Positions 1-9,612 of a stretch of 64,000 bases of DNA are shown here, one piece after another. This DNA comes from an uncultured virus (IMG/VR IMGVR_UViG_3300029903_000001) (Duplodnaviria > Heunggongvirae > Uroviricota > Caudoviricetes), in IMG/VR virus record IMGVR_UViG_3300029903_000001; one strand, 5' to 3'. The stretch's first letter is position 1. Each line of letters opens with the position of its first letter. Both the position numbers and the translations under genes were made by a program. The notes beneath the pieces were generated by a model, which worked only from the letters and a program-made list of their open reading frames with translations, had not been told where the DNA came from and made no database searches.

Positions 1-276
1 CGCTACACCGACGAGGGCGTCAAGGCCGTTCGCGAGTTGATGGAGGCCAAGGGCCTTCTCGACGTGGACGATGCCGTCGCCATTTTCGAGCGCGCCAACC
101 CGCCGCAGACGCCCGCCACGCCGGCCGGCGGGATGACGGGGCAGTCGTGGGGCTTCGCCGACACCAGCGACCAGACCGATGCGCTGATCAAGGAATTGAT
201 CGCCAACAAGGGCGAGGGCAACACCGTGGATCGTCTGGCCAATCAGGCGTTGCAGGATTTTCGCGCAGGGCGCTGA
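1..276 (+). CDS. Probable capsid scaffolding protein, C-terminal part (5' truncated by window)
   Basis: Open frame ending just upstream of the major capsid gene; charged helical sequence; call rests on position. Confidence 0.5.
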   Translation, partial: RYTDEGVKAVRELMEAKGLLDVDDAVAIFERANPPQTPATPAGGMTGQSWGFADTSDQTDALIKELIANKGEGNTVDRLANQALQDFRAGR

Positions 277-290
277 TTTAGGAGTTTGTT

Positions 291-1337
291 ATGCCACTTC
301 CCGGATTAGGCGTCGCACCTGCCGCAGGCAGTTTGTACACTGAGCTGTCTTCAGTGACGAGACGTGCTTTCGTTCCAAAGCTCTTTGTACAAATTTACTT
401 CGGCTCGCCGACTCTGTTCTACATGACCGGCAACGCCCAGCGCGCCGCTGGCGGCCTGAACCAAGTCACCATCCCCCTGCAAGGTCAGTCCGGAGTCCAA
501 GGCCAATGGACCGGCTACGGTGGCGGCTTCAACAGTCCCGTCATCACGCCGATGGTCCAGAACGGCCAGTGGAACCTGGCTTACTGGGTGGTCCCGGTCC
601 CGCTTCCGTTCGGCGAGCAGATCATTCAGGCGACCGACCGCGAGCTCTCGCTGCTCAAGGTCCGCATGAACGACGTCTACGCGGTGACGCGCCAAAATAT
701 GGCGCGGACGATGTTCATGAACAACTCCGCCAACCCGCAGATGCCGGACTCGTTCTACAACGCGTTCGACGACGGCACCAACATCGCGACCTACGGCGGC
801 ATCAACCGGCTCGCGCAGGGCAACGCGGCCTTCAAAGGCCAGTACATCAATCTCAATTCCGGTACCTACAGTCAGGGTACTGCGGGCTTCACGCGCGCCG
901 GCATGGCGACGCTGCTCGCCGGCACCACCGACGCCGCAGGTGGCGAGGCGGTCACGTTCGTGGTCATGAACCCGGGCGACTACGCCACTCTCAACAACAC
1001 GTTCATCTCGATCGAGCAGATCCACCAGATACCGCAGCTGTCCAATGTCAGTTCGATGGACACGGTGGTTCGGACGTCGTTCCCGAACCTCGTGGTGTCC
1101 GGTGTACCGATCTTCGCCGATCACTTCTGCCCGAAGGGCGAGATATTCGGCATCAACGTCAAGTACACGTCGATGTACATGTCGGAGGACGCCGCGTTCG
1201 ACTTCTCGGGCTTCTACTCGCTCGTGCCGCTCGGCCAGATGGGTCAGCAGGGCGTGGTGGTCGTCGGATACGACTTCGTTTCCGCCAAGTCCGTCAGCGG
1301 ATTTCACGGTTACAACCTCCAGGGCGCAAGTTTCTAA
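291..1337 (+). CDS. Major capsid protein
   Basis: 348 aa; AGGAG RBS; 'ELSSVTRRAFVPKLFVQIY' N-terminus and 'TYGGINR' motif typical of HK97-fold capsids; follows scaffold. Confidence 0.8.
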   Translation: MPLPGLGVAPAAGSLYTELSSVTRRAFVPKLFVQIYFGSPTLFYMTGNAQRAAGGLNQVTIPLQGQSGVQGQWTGYGGGFNSPVITPMVQNGQWNLAYWVVPVPLPFGEQIIQATDRELSLLKVRMNDVYAVTRQNMARTMFMNNSANPQMPDSFYNAFDDGTNIATYGGINRLAQGNAAFKGQYINLNSGTYSQGTAGFTRAGMATLLAGTTDAAGGEAVTFVVMNPGDYATLNNTFISIEQIHQIPQLSNVSSMDTVVRTSFPNLVVSGVPIFADHFCPKGEIFGINVKYTSMYMSEDAAFDFSGFYSLVPLGQMGQQGVVVVGYDFVSAKSVSGFHGYNLQGASF

Positions 1338-1349
1338 GGAGCATCCCAA

Positions 1350-2504
1350 ATGCCAGTTCCTCTCGCGGGCCCCGGGCAAGGTCTTCCGATCCCGCAGAAC
1401 CTTTACCCGTCCGAGCTGTCCAACGCGCCGCAGGACGCATCGAGCAACCGTCTTGGGCTGGCGCCCGGCGACGTGTTCGTGCTTCCGGCAGGCGACTGGA
1501 TCGTCAGCCTCGGGATGTACTGTGTCCTGCAGTACCTGGACCCAGTCACCAACACCTGGACGCTGGCGTCCGGTTCTGCATACGACCGAGGTGTGAAGTT
1601 TGTCACTGCCGACGGCTTCACCCAGCGCATCGCCAACCTTACTGGCTGCATCGTCAGCGCGTCTGTCGCCAACGCCGGCACTGGTTACGTTCAGGCCACG
1701 ACGACGATCACGGCGGTCGGCACCTTCGCGGGTGCAGCGCCGACAATTTTGCCGATCGTCGGCGGCGCGCTCAATATTTCCGGTGGCACGCTGACGGCCA
1801 ACGGCGCCGGCTATGGTGTCGCGCCAATCGTCATGATCCCGCCGCCCCCGCCCGCGCAGACCAACTCCAACGGCGTCGGCGGCATCCAGGCCAGTGCCAT
1901 CGCGGTGATCGCGAGTGGCACCGTGTCGTCGGTGTCCATCACTAATCCGGGTGCCGGGTATCCGACCGCCCCGATCGCGGTGATTGTCCCGTCCCCGTTC
2001 GATCCGAACCTGTCGGTCGGCATCACCAATGCGACTGTGACCTTCACGCTGGCATCGTCCGGGCTGATCATGGGTGCGCTGGTGACCAACAACGGCTCCC
2101 CGTTGAACAACGGCTCGCTGGCCAACGTGACGCTGACGGTTGGCGGCGCCGGGACGTCCGGGTCGCTGACGGCCAACGTGATGCAGACGGTGGTTACGTC
2201 GAGCGTGACTGGTGGCGGAACTGGGCTGAATACTTACGCCACCTCGTTCGGCGGCGCCCCGGTAGCGGGTGCGATTACCAACAGCCCGGAGGCCAATTTC
2301 ATCGCGTGGCTGCCGCGTCCGGCCCAGATCGGCTACGCCTCGGTCACGGCGAACTTCCCTGGCGTCGTGTACGATGGCGGGCTGTTCTTGTCGGCACCGA
2401 CGGTCGTGGTTGCTCCAGGTGCCGGGGCGACCTCGACGATTGCAACGGTCGTGCTCAACATGGGAAGCAAGTTCGACATCGCTATCATCCAGCCGGGGCC
2501 GTAA
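1350..2504 (+). CDS. Virion structural protein (decoration/accessory)
   Basis: 384 aa, Gly/Ala/Thr/Val-rich beta-type, with 'GxGY' repeats; AAGGAG RBS; directly after capsid. Confidence 0.55.
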   Translation: MPVPLAGPGQGLPIPQNLYPSELSNAPQDASSNRLGLAPGDVFVLPAGDWIVSLGMYCVLQYLDPVTNTWTLASGSAYDRGVKFVTADGFTQRIANLTGCIVSASVANAGTGYVQATTTITAVGTFAGAAPTILPIVGGALNISGGTLTANGAGYGVAPIVMIPPPPPAQTNSNGVGGIQASAIAVIASGTVSSVSITNPGAGYPTAPIAVIVPSPFDPNLSVGITNATVTFTLASSGLIMGALVTNNGSPLNNGSLANVTLTVGGAGTSGSLTANVMQTVVTSSVTGGGTGLNTYATSFGGAPVAGAITNSPEANFIAWLPRPAQIGYASVTANFPGVVYDGGLFLSAPTVVVAPGAGATSTIATVVLNMGSKFDIAIIQPGP

Positions 2505-2768
2505 GTGGCCGAGACCTTCAGCCAGTCCCTGTCGGGGGTGAGTGCGAACCACCGCTATGGCATCGTCAAGACGATACTGATCGGCGACACTGACATCGCT
2601 GGCAACGCGGTCGCACAGGGCAACACCAGTTTCGTCGGTGCGCAGCAAGGCGCGACGATGCGCAACGACTACATTCTGTGCCAAGGCCCCGACGGCTTGC
2701 AGTCGTACCACATGATCGACGCCGAGCGATCCATTTTCCCCGGCTACATTGTCCTGCGGAAGGTATAG
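2505..2768 (+). CDS. Small virion-module hypothetical protein
   Basis: 87 aa, abuts previous stop. Confidence 0.55.
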   Translation: MAETFSQSLSGVSANHRYGIVKTILIGDTDIAGNAVAQGNTSFVGAQQGATMRNDYILCQGPDGLQSYHMIDAERSIFPGYIVLRKV

Positions 2769-2795
2769 GCTGCTTGGCAAAGGAGTTGTTTCACC

Positions 2796-3563
2796 TTGGC
2801 CTTGACAGCGTATCTTGCCCAGATTCGCCGCCTCCTGCAGCTTCCCGGCTCGCAGTCAACGGGGCTTTATGCCGATTCCGATTTGACCTACTTCATCAAC
2901 GTTGCGCGCGGGCAAATCGCCGGCGAGGCCGAGTGCATCCGGGTGATGGCGACGATTCCGACGGTCGTTGCTCAGAATGTTTACCAGTTCGGCAATGCGG
3001 TCCTGCCCGGCACCTCGGCGACCACAGGCGTGCAGGGCATCATCAACATTCGAAGCATCAGCTACCAGGTCGGGACTGGTGCGCTGTGGATCACGCCGCG
3101 GCCGTGGCCGTATTTCACGCTGTACGAACTGAACAACGCCGCTCCGCAGCCCGGTCCCCCGGCGACCTGGGCGCAGTTCGGCCAGGGCGCGGCACCGAGC
3201 GGCGTTGCTAACACCTCGATCAACGGCGGCAGTTTCTACGTCTCGCCGATTCCCGACGACATCTACACGCTGAACCTCAACTCGGTGTGTTATCCGCAGC
3301 CGCTCGCATTGGACACCGACGTCGAGGCGCTGCCGTATTTCTGGACGGACTGTGTGCCGTTCTTCGCCGCTTACTTCGCGCTGATGTCCGCTCAGACCAA
3401 CGCGCGCATGGCGGAAGCGGGCAACATGTACAAGGGCCACTATCAGGAGTTCATGGATCGGGCGCGCAAGCAGTCGAACGCCTCGACCAACCGCTGGCAA
3501 TACGATCAGGCGGGCGATCCGGCGCAGGGGCCGAAGATGGGGATCAAGGGAGGGGCGCAATGA
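2796..3563 (+). CDS. Head-tail adaptor / tail tubular protein A-like
   Basis: 255 aa; N-terminal 'YLAQIRRLL...DLTYFINVAR' helix and 'SPIPDDIYTL' motif; AAGGAG RBS. Confidence 0.6.
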   Translation: MALTAYLAQIRRLLQLPGSQSTGLYADSDLTYFINVARGQIAGEAECIRVMATIPTVVAQNVYQFGNAVLPGTSATTGVQGIINIRSISYQVGTGALWITPRPWPYFTLYELNNAAPQPGPPATWAQFGQGAAPSGVANTSINGGSFYVSPIPDDIYTLNLNSVCYPQPLALDTDVEALPYFWTDCVPFFAAYFALMSAQTNARMAEAGNMYKGHYQEFMDRARKQSNASTNRWQYDQAGDPAQGPKMGIKGGAQ

Positions 3564-4498
3564 GCATCATCTCCTGGAAGTTTTACAGCCAGGCGGTGCA
3601 GCGGTTCTTGCGCGAGCAGCGGCAGGAGTTCCTGAACCCCGGTGACCTGCTCGAATATATCAACCTGGCGCGTCGCGAGGTCGCCGGCCGCACTCAATCG
3701 GTGCGCCGCTTGACGCCGATTTCCGGGCAGGTGGTTGCCGCCCAGGTGACCAGTGGCGGCAGCGGCTACACCAACCCGATTGCCGCCATCACGACGCCGG
3801 ACTGGCCCAGTGGAGCGCCGCCGAACCCGAACGGGCGGCAGGCGCTGGCGAACGTCACCAGTGCAGGGGGCGTGATCACGGGTGTCGATATCGTCGATGG
3901 CGGTGACGGCTATTTCCAGCCTCAGTGCACGATCACGGGCGGCTCGGGCACCGGAGCGGCTGCGACGCTGACGGTGTCGCCGATCAACCTGCTGAACGGC
4001 GGCCAGGAGGTCTACAATTTCAGCGACATCAACACGTCGATCTGGCCGGGCGTCGATGTGGTGCACGCGGTCAAGTCGGTGTCGGTCGTCTACGCGCAGT
4101 ACCGCTATTCCGTGCCGATCTACGCGTTCTCGGTCTATCAGGCGATGATCCGGAACTACTCGAACGGCACCTACCAGTACATCCCGTCGTTCGGCGCGCA
4201 GTATGGCCAGGGTGCGGGCGGGTCGTTCTATCTCTATCCCCCGCCGAACAGCACTTACCAGCTGGAGTTCGACTGCTTCTGCCTGCCGCAGGACATGCGG
4301 CTCGACAACTCGATCCCCGAGGTGATCCCGCAGCCGTGGGTCGATGCGGTGAAGTACATGGCCGCGCAGCATGCGTTCATGGAACTCGGCAACTACAACG
4401 CCGCGCGCTATTACGAGGAGCAGTTCGATAAGCGAACGCTCGGCTATTCGACGCAGGCCCGTCCTGGGCGCGCGGTGAACATCTACGGGAGATACTGA
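3560..4498 (+). CDS. Second adaptor-like tail protein (paralogue of preceding gene, with a beta-rich insert)
   Basis: ATG overlaps previous stop; 'DLLEYINLAR' and 'GGSFYLYPPPNSTY' parallel the preceding protein. Confidence 0.55.
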   Translation: MSIISWKFYSQAVQRFLREQRQEFLNPGDLLEYINLARREVAGRTQSVRRLTPISGQVVAAQVTSGGSGYTNPIAAITTPDWPSGAPPNPNGRQALANVTSAGGVITGVDIVDGGDGYFQPQCTITGGSGTGAAATLTVSPINLLNGGQEVYNFSDINTSIWPGVDVVHAVKSVSVVYAQYRYSVPIYAFSVYQAMIRNYSNGTYQYIPSFGAQYGQGAGGSFYLYPPPNSTYQLEFDCFCLPQDMRLDNSIPEVIPQPWVDAVKYMAAQHAFMELGNYNAARYYEEQFDKRTLGYSTQARPGRAVNIYGRY

Positions 4499-4499
4499 G

Positions 4500-6113
4500 G
4501 TGATCGAAGCCCAGCCTCCTTCCGGCGAGCAAGGCAACCCGTACACTCCCGCGGGGCCGCCCGACCCGCTTGTGTTCGAGCAGTTCGAGGGCATGAACAC
4601 GGCGACCTTGCGCCCGGGGGTCGATGACAAGCAGGCCGCGTGGTTCGACGGGTTCATGCCGCTCGCTCCGCGCAACCTCCGCACCATGTACGGCATCGGT
4701 CCGGCGTTGTTCATGCCGTCTGACGGCAGCCTGATATCATTCTTTGATTTCTTCAACATCGGCGCGGTGCCCTACGCGCTCGTAGTGACGTCGAATGGGG
4801 CGCTCTATGCGGTCAACACCAGCACCGGGACGGCCACTCGGATAGCGGTGGCCGGCACGATCACCAACCCTTCGCGCACGGCGGTGGGCATCTCGCAATA
4901 CGGCAGCCAGTACCTGTTGATCGTAGCGACGCAGACCAATGGGTATTTTATCTGGGACGGGACGACGTTTTATCCTCCGGGGGCGTCGTTCGCGGGCGGT
5001 ACCGTGCCGACCGGCATCAGCGGTTCGGCGATCGAGACCTATTCCGGACGGGTGTGGATCGCCAACGGAGCGGCGATCACTTTCAGCGTGCCCGGGTCGG
5101 TGCGCGACTTCACGACCGGCAACGGCGGCGGCAGTTTCAGTTCGTCGGACAGCTTCTTGCGGGTGCAGTTCACGCAACTGAAGCAGACCAACGGCTTTCT
5201 CTATCTGATCGGCGACAGTTCGATTAATTACATCTCGGGGGTTCAGACGTCGGGCAGTCCACCGGTGACGACGTTCACGAACCAGAATGCCGACCCGGAA
5301 GTGGGTACGGTGTGGCCGGCGACGGTCGACGTGTTCAACCGCAATATCTTGTTCGCCAATGCGTTCGGTGCGCATGTGAGCTACGGTGGCGCGGTGACCA
5401 AGATCAGCGAGGCGCTTGACGGTGTCTACAATACGGTCGCCAATTTCGGCAACATCTCGCCGAGCGCCGGCAAGGCGATCATCTTCGGTAAGAAGTGCTG
5501 GATGCTCCTGCTTCCCATCATTGACCCGGTGAGCGGGCAGCAGGTCAACAAGTTGTTGCTCACGCGCGACCCCGTCGGCAAGGTGTGGTGGGCGGCGGTG
5601 CAGGACGTGCCGCTGATCTACATCCAGCATCAGGAGATCAACTCGGTGCTGACGGCTTACGGCACCGACGGTGTCTCGCTTTACCCGCTGTTCGCGCAGC
5701 CCTCGACCGCCATCCAGAAGGTCGCCCAGACCAAGCTGTGGGACAAGCCCGGCGGGTACCAGCTGACGAAGTGGCTGGTGCGGCTGTGGGGCATCGTGCG
5801 CTACTACAGCACGCTGGCGTCGACGATCAACGTGTCGCTTGATAACGAGACGTCGTCGAACAGCCTGGCGGTGACTGCGGCGCCGAACGTTGCTATCTGG
5901 ACAACGGCTTTGGGTGCGGTATCGACCTGGACGACGGCTTTAGGCGCAGTGTCGATGTGGCTCGCCGGCGGCGGCAGCGCGTACTCGGTGCTCGCGCCGG
6001 ACGCGGTCGCGCAGGCAGGTGTCCTGGTGGGTTTTACGATCACGACGAACGCGGCGGATATGGCTATTGCGTCCATGATGGTGCAGCCCACCATTGCAGG
6101 GTACCGAGGGTAG
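4500..6113 (+). CDS. Tail tubular protein B / nozzle (P22 gp10-like DNA stabilization protein)
   Basis: 537 aa, beta-propeller-like composition; position after adaptors. Confidence 0.6.
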   Translation: MIEAQPPSGEQGNPYTPAGPPDPLVFEQFEGMNTATLRPGVDDKQAAWFDGFMPLAPRNLRTMYGIGPALFMPSDGSLISFFDFFNIGAVPYALVVTSNGALYAVNTSTGTATRIAVAGTITNPSRTAVGISQYGSQYLLIVATQTNGYFIWDGTTFYPPGASFAGGTVPTGISGSAIETYSGRVWIANGAAITFSVPGSVRDFTTGNGGGSFSSSDSFLRVQFTQLKQTNGFLYLIGDSSINYISGVQTSGSPPVTTFTNQNADPEVGTVWPATVDVFNRNILFANAFGAHVSYGGAVTKISEALDGVYNTVANFGNISPSAGKAIIFGKKCWMLLLPIIDPVSGQQVNKLLLTRDPVGKVWWAAVQDVPLIYIQHQEINSVLTAYGTDGVSLYPLFAQPSTAIQKVAQTKLWDKPGGYQLTKWLVRLWGIVRYYSTLASTINVSLDNETSSNSLAVTAAPNVAIWTTALGAVSTWTTALGAVSMWLAGGGSAYSVLAPDAVAQAGVLVGFTITTNAADMAIASMMVQPTIAGYRG

Positions 6114-6116
6114 GCC

Positions 6117-6884
6117 GTGGCGTACAGCATCACCCAGTTCGAGAACAATCTGTCCAATCCGCTGGTGGCGCTGGACAACAACTTCATCACGTTCGGCGCG
6201 CTGGTGCAGATCCCCTGTGCGATCGCCGGCACCAACGCGCTGACCCTGACCCAGAACGCCGTTGGGCTGGTGCCGACGCCCACGGTCTCGGCCTACACGA
6301 CCAACATGCTGTTCAGCGGCGTGGCGGCGTCGACCAACACGGGCGCGGTGACGGCGACGGTAGGCAGTACCGGGGCCTTGCCAGTCTACAAGGACTCACC
6401 GTCCGGTCCGATCGCGCTGACCGGCGGGGAGATCGTCGCGCTCAATGCGATCACCCTGCGCTATGATGCAGCGCTGAACTCGGGGGGCGGCGGATTCCAT
6501 CTGACGTCAGCCACAGGCAGCAACGTCGCGATCGCGCCGACGTCGGTGCAGGTCAACGGCGGCGCGACGCTGACGAACGTGCTGTCCGGCAACAGTCCGA
6601 CCCTGACGTTCACGGCGACGCCCGGGTGGTCTTCGCAGGACCAGACGTTCACGCTGACCGGGTTGCCGCCCGCGGTGCCCGCTCCCGGCGACTTTTTCCA
6701 AGTCAGCCCGCCGTCGCTGGGCGCTACGGGGGTCTCGTACTGGGCGATGTGCACGGCGCTCGCCTCGCTGTCTTCCGTGGCGTCGGTCGCCACCGTCAAC
6801 GTGCGGCTGGTCAACTCGGCGTCGGCCTCGCTGGCGTCGAATTCGGGCGTGTATCGCTGGATGGCGACGAGGACGGTGCCGTGA
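6117..6884 (+). CDS. Tail-associated structural protein
   Basis: 255 aa Thr/Ala/Ser-rich; 'LDNNF' N-terminal motif. Confidence 0.5.
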   Translation: MAYSITQFENNLSNPLVALDNNFITFGALVQIPCAIAGTNALTLTQNAVGLVPTPTVSAYTTNMLFSGVAASTNTGAVTATVGSTGALPVYKDSPSGPIALTGGEIVALNAITLRYDAALNSGGGGFHLTSATGSNVAIAPTSVQVNGGATLTNVLSGNSPTLTFTATPGWSSQDQTFTLTGLPPAVPAPGDFFQVSPPSLGATGVSYWAMCTALASLSSVASVATVNVRLVNSASASLASNSGVYRWMATRTVP

Positions 6885-7222
6885 GCGGGATCGCTAACCT
6901 TTACAACGTCCCTTCGACCGACGCCGAGCGTGCTGAATGGTCGTTCTCGCATGCGGCGCACCACCGGGACATCAATCTGGCGATTTACAACGTGCTCAAG
7001 ATCGCCCTACCCGAATACCTGCTCGACCCGCTGAATCCGAGTGACACCGGCGTTTGGGAGTACCAGCACCAGCTGATGCATGATAACAACAACGCGATCC
7101 TGGGGATCCAGGGGCAGGATCTCACGGAGTTGGACTGGAAGAATCAGCAGCTGCTGGCGGCGTGGATCTGGCTGAACGTCAATGAGCACGTACAAGCTGC
7201 AAACATTTTAGGGATAGGCTGA
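6881..7222 (+). CDS. Hypothetical virion-module protein
   Basis: GTG start overlapping previous stop; His/Trp-rich. Confidence 0.55.
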   Translation: MSGIANLYNVPSTDAERAEWSFSHAAHHRDINLAIYNVLKIALPEYLLDPLNPSDTGVWEYQHQLMHDNNNAILGIQGQDLTELDWKNQQLLAAWIWLNVNEHVQAANILGIG

Positions 7223-7689
7223 TGGTTGAAGCTGCACTGAAAATCGAGGAACCCCACGTCCCCGTCCCGGTTCGCCGGTTCAGCACCGCGGACCTCTCGG
7301 AGCACGGTCCCTGGTTGATGAAGCGGTTCGCCGCCAAGTTCCCCGGCGTCGACGAGCGCTGGATCGCTTCCTATCTCAGCCGGCTGATCTTCGACAACGA
7401 GCACCTGTTTTTGTACCAGCCGCACGCGGTGGCGTTGGCGCAGGTCGCTTTCACCCCCGGCATAAAGCCGGTCAAGGTCGTGCAGGAGCGGTTTGTGTGG
7501 GTCGAGGACCCGAAAGACAAGGCCCAGCTCGAAAACGCCGCCGATTTTTACAGCGAGATGAAGCTGTGGGGGAAACGGCAGGATGCTGCCCTGATTTTCG
7601 CCTGCGAGGACACCGACGTGCCCAAGCCTCTGATTATCGCCCGGATCGGGCGCCTGTTCGACACCACCGTCAGCCATGCGAGGATTTGA
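7222..7689 (+). CDS. Hypothetical protein, possibly GNAT-like
   Basis: 155 aa; occupies the usual slot before ejection proteins. Confidence 0.45.
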   Translation: MVEAALKIEEPHVPVPVRRFSTADLSEHGPWLMKRFAAKFPGVDERWIASYLSRLIFDNEHLFLYQPHAVALAQVAFTPGIKPVKVVQERFVWVEDPKDKAQLENAADFYSEMKLWGKRQDAALIFACEDTDVPKPLIIARIGRLFDTTVSHARI

Positions 7690-8153
7690 TGGTCGATTTC
7701 GCCTCCGAGTGCATGGACGCGGCCCGTCCGGGGGTGGAAGCAGTCATTCCCGCGCACTGGAAGGAGTTCGGTGACAGCGATCTCCCGTGCCAGCCGAATT
7801 GGAAGCTCTACAAGCAGTTCGATCAGCACAACGCGCTGGTGGTGGTGACGGCGCGGGATGAAGGGGTCCTGGTCGGCTATATGATCGCCATCGTTTACCC
7901 CCATGTGAGCGCAGGCGGCAGCATGGTGGCCGAGATTCCCACCTATTTCGTGGTCGAGCGGCCGGTTCGGGCGCTGGTCTTGAGCCGGATGCAGGATTTC
8001 ATGCTGCAGGAGCTTGTCACGCGCGGCGTCTACAAGGTCGACATCTGGACCAAGGCCGAACGGTCGGCGGGGCGCCTCTGGGAGGGCAAGGGTTTTGCAG
8101 TCAGCAAGATCGGGTATACGCTGAAACTGAAGCGTGGAGCGCAAGATGCCTGA
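7689..8153 (+). CDS. GNAT acetyltransferase-like protein
   Basis: 'TARDEGVLVGY' and 'RLWEGKGF' resemble GNAT motifs. Confidence 0.55.
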   Translation: MVDFASECMDAARPGVEAVIPAHWKEFGDSDLPCQPNWKLYKQFDQHNALVVVTARDEGVLVGYMIAIVYPHVSAGGSMVAEIPTYFVVERPVRALVLSRMQDFMLQELVTRGVYKVDIWTKAERSAGRLWEGKGFAVSKIGYTLKLKRGAQDA

Positions 8154-9606
8154 AATCGTAGCTGCGGTACCGTTCCTGGGCGATATCGGCGGAGCACTTG
8201 GCTCCTTGTTCGGTGCGGGCGATGCCGCTGCGGCGGGCGTAGGGGCTGCCGACGCGGCGGCTGCCAGCGCGTTCCCGGCTGTTGATGCGGCTACCGCGGG
8301 GGGCCTCTCCACGATCCCCGCCGGGTTCGGCACCGGCGCGGTCGACGCCGCGGGCTTGTTTGGAGGCACTACGGGGCTTGCCGGGACGGCGCTTGCAGGT
8401 GGGACTGACATAGGCAGCCTGGCGGGGCTCGGAGCAGGGCTGGGTGCGCTTGGCACCGCCGCCGATGTCGCAGGCACCACGGGCGGATTGACGGCTGCAG
8501 GGCTCTCCGGCGACGCTGCGGGGGCCACGTTCGGCCCGGCCGCCGACGCCTCGCTGCAGGGCAGCCTGTCGTCCGGCCTGACCAGCATCCCTTCCGCTCC
8601 GGCATCGATCTCGGATCTGGCGAGCGCGCAGCCGTTCGCCGCCGGCGGGGTGTCGTCCACCGCGAGCGGTGGCTTGCCCAGCAATGTGGCCAACGCCAAT
8701 GCGTCGATGCCGAGCTGGGCTTCCACGAGCGGTGCTGGCCCGGTTGTCCCGTCGGGAAGCGGCGGCGCAGCCGCCATTGCCGGCCCGGCTGGTGTTGGTG
8801 GGGTTGACCCCACGGCGCTTGCTGCATCGGCTCCCAGCAATGCGCTGGACTTGCAGTCGGTCAACGGGGCGGTGCCGGCGGGGTCTGCCCCCGCGGGGTC
8901 GGGCGGGGGTATCTCCGACCTGATCTCGAAGGCGGCGGGGTCGATCACCAGCAACCCGTTGCAGGCGGCGGGCGTGGCGGCGGGCCTTGGCGGGCTAGGC
9001 TACAACATTTACGAGGGTCAGCAGCTGACGAAGAACCAGCAGGCGCTGGCAGCTGCCGCCCAGACCCAGGCCAACACCGGCCAGCAGGCGTTCCAGGCGG
9101 GCCTGCCGATCGCCAACGCCAACAACGCCACCGGTACCGGGCTGATCAACCAGGGCGAGGCGTTGCAGACCTATCTTACCTCGGGCACGCTGCCGCCGCA
9201 GTACATGACGCAGATCAATCAGGCGATTCAGTCCGCCAAGACCAACGCCATCTCGCAGGCGGCCTCGAGCGGGCAGAGCACCGACCCGACCAAGAACAGC
9301 GTGCTGGCGGCGCAGCTTGCCGAGATCGACAACCAGACCCCCGCAATGATCACGCAGGTGGCTAACACGCTGTTCAGCGCTGGCACCAGCGACGTCAACG
9401 CGGGGTCCGGCCTGACCACCAGTTCGGCGGGCTCGCTGCTCGGCGCCGGCCAAGGCGCTTCCGGGTTGTCCGACCAGCTTTACCAGACGCTGGTGCAAAA
9501 CGACACCACGCAGGCGGCCAACACCGGCAAGGCCATCGCCAGTCTTGCCGCAGCGATGAACGGCAAGACGACGAACACGGCGGGCAACGTCACCACTCAG
9601 GTGTGA
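8146..9606 (+). CDS. DNA ejection / pilot-like internal virion protein
   Basis: Very Gly/Ala-rich N-terminus, Gln/Ala helical C-terminus; GGAG RBS. Confidence 0.6.
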   Translation: MPEIVAAVPFLGDIGGALGSLFGAGDAAAAGVGAADAAAASAFPAVDAATAGGLSTIPAGFGTGAVDAAGLFGGTTGLAGTALAGGTDIGSLAGLGAGLGALGTAADVAGTTGGLTAAGLSGDAAGATFGPAADASLQGSLSSGLTSIPSAPASISDLASAQPFAAGGVSSTASGGLPSNVANANASMPSWASTSGAGPVVPSGSGGAAAIAGPAGVGGVDPTALAASAPSNALDLQSVNGAVPAGSAPAGSGGGISDLISKAAGSITSNPLQAAGVAAGLGGLGYNIYEGQQLTKNQQALAAAAQTQANTGQQAFQAGLPIANANNATGTGLINQGEALQTYLTSGTLPPQYMTQINQAIQSAKTNAISQAASSGQSTDPTKNSVLAAQLAEIDNQTPAMITQVANTLFSAGTSDVNAGSGLTTSSAGSLLGAGQGASGLSDQLYQTLVQNDTTQAANTGKAIASLAAAMNGKTTNTAGNVTTQV

Positions 9607-9612
9607 TTTTAG

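Noticed and set aside
351..2780. 809-aa minus-strand ORF and other long antisense ORFs (e.g. 28110-29570, 18885-20288)
   Set aside because: Shadow frames of GC-rich genes; Arg/His/Gly-rich with no recognisable motifs
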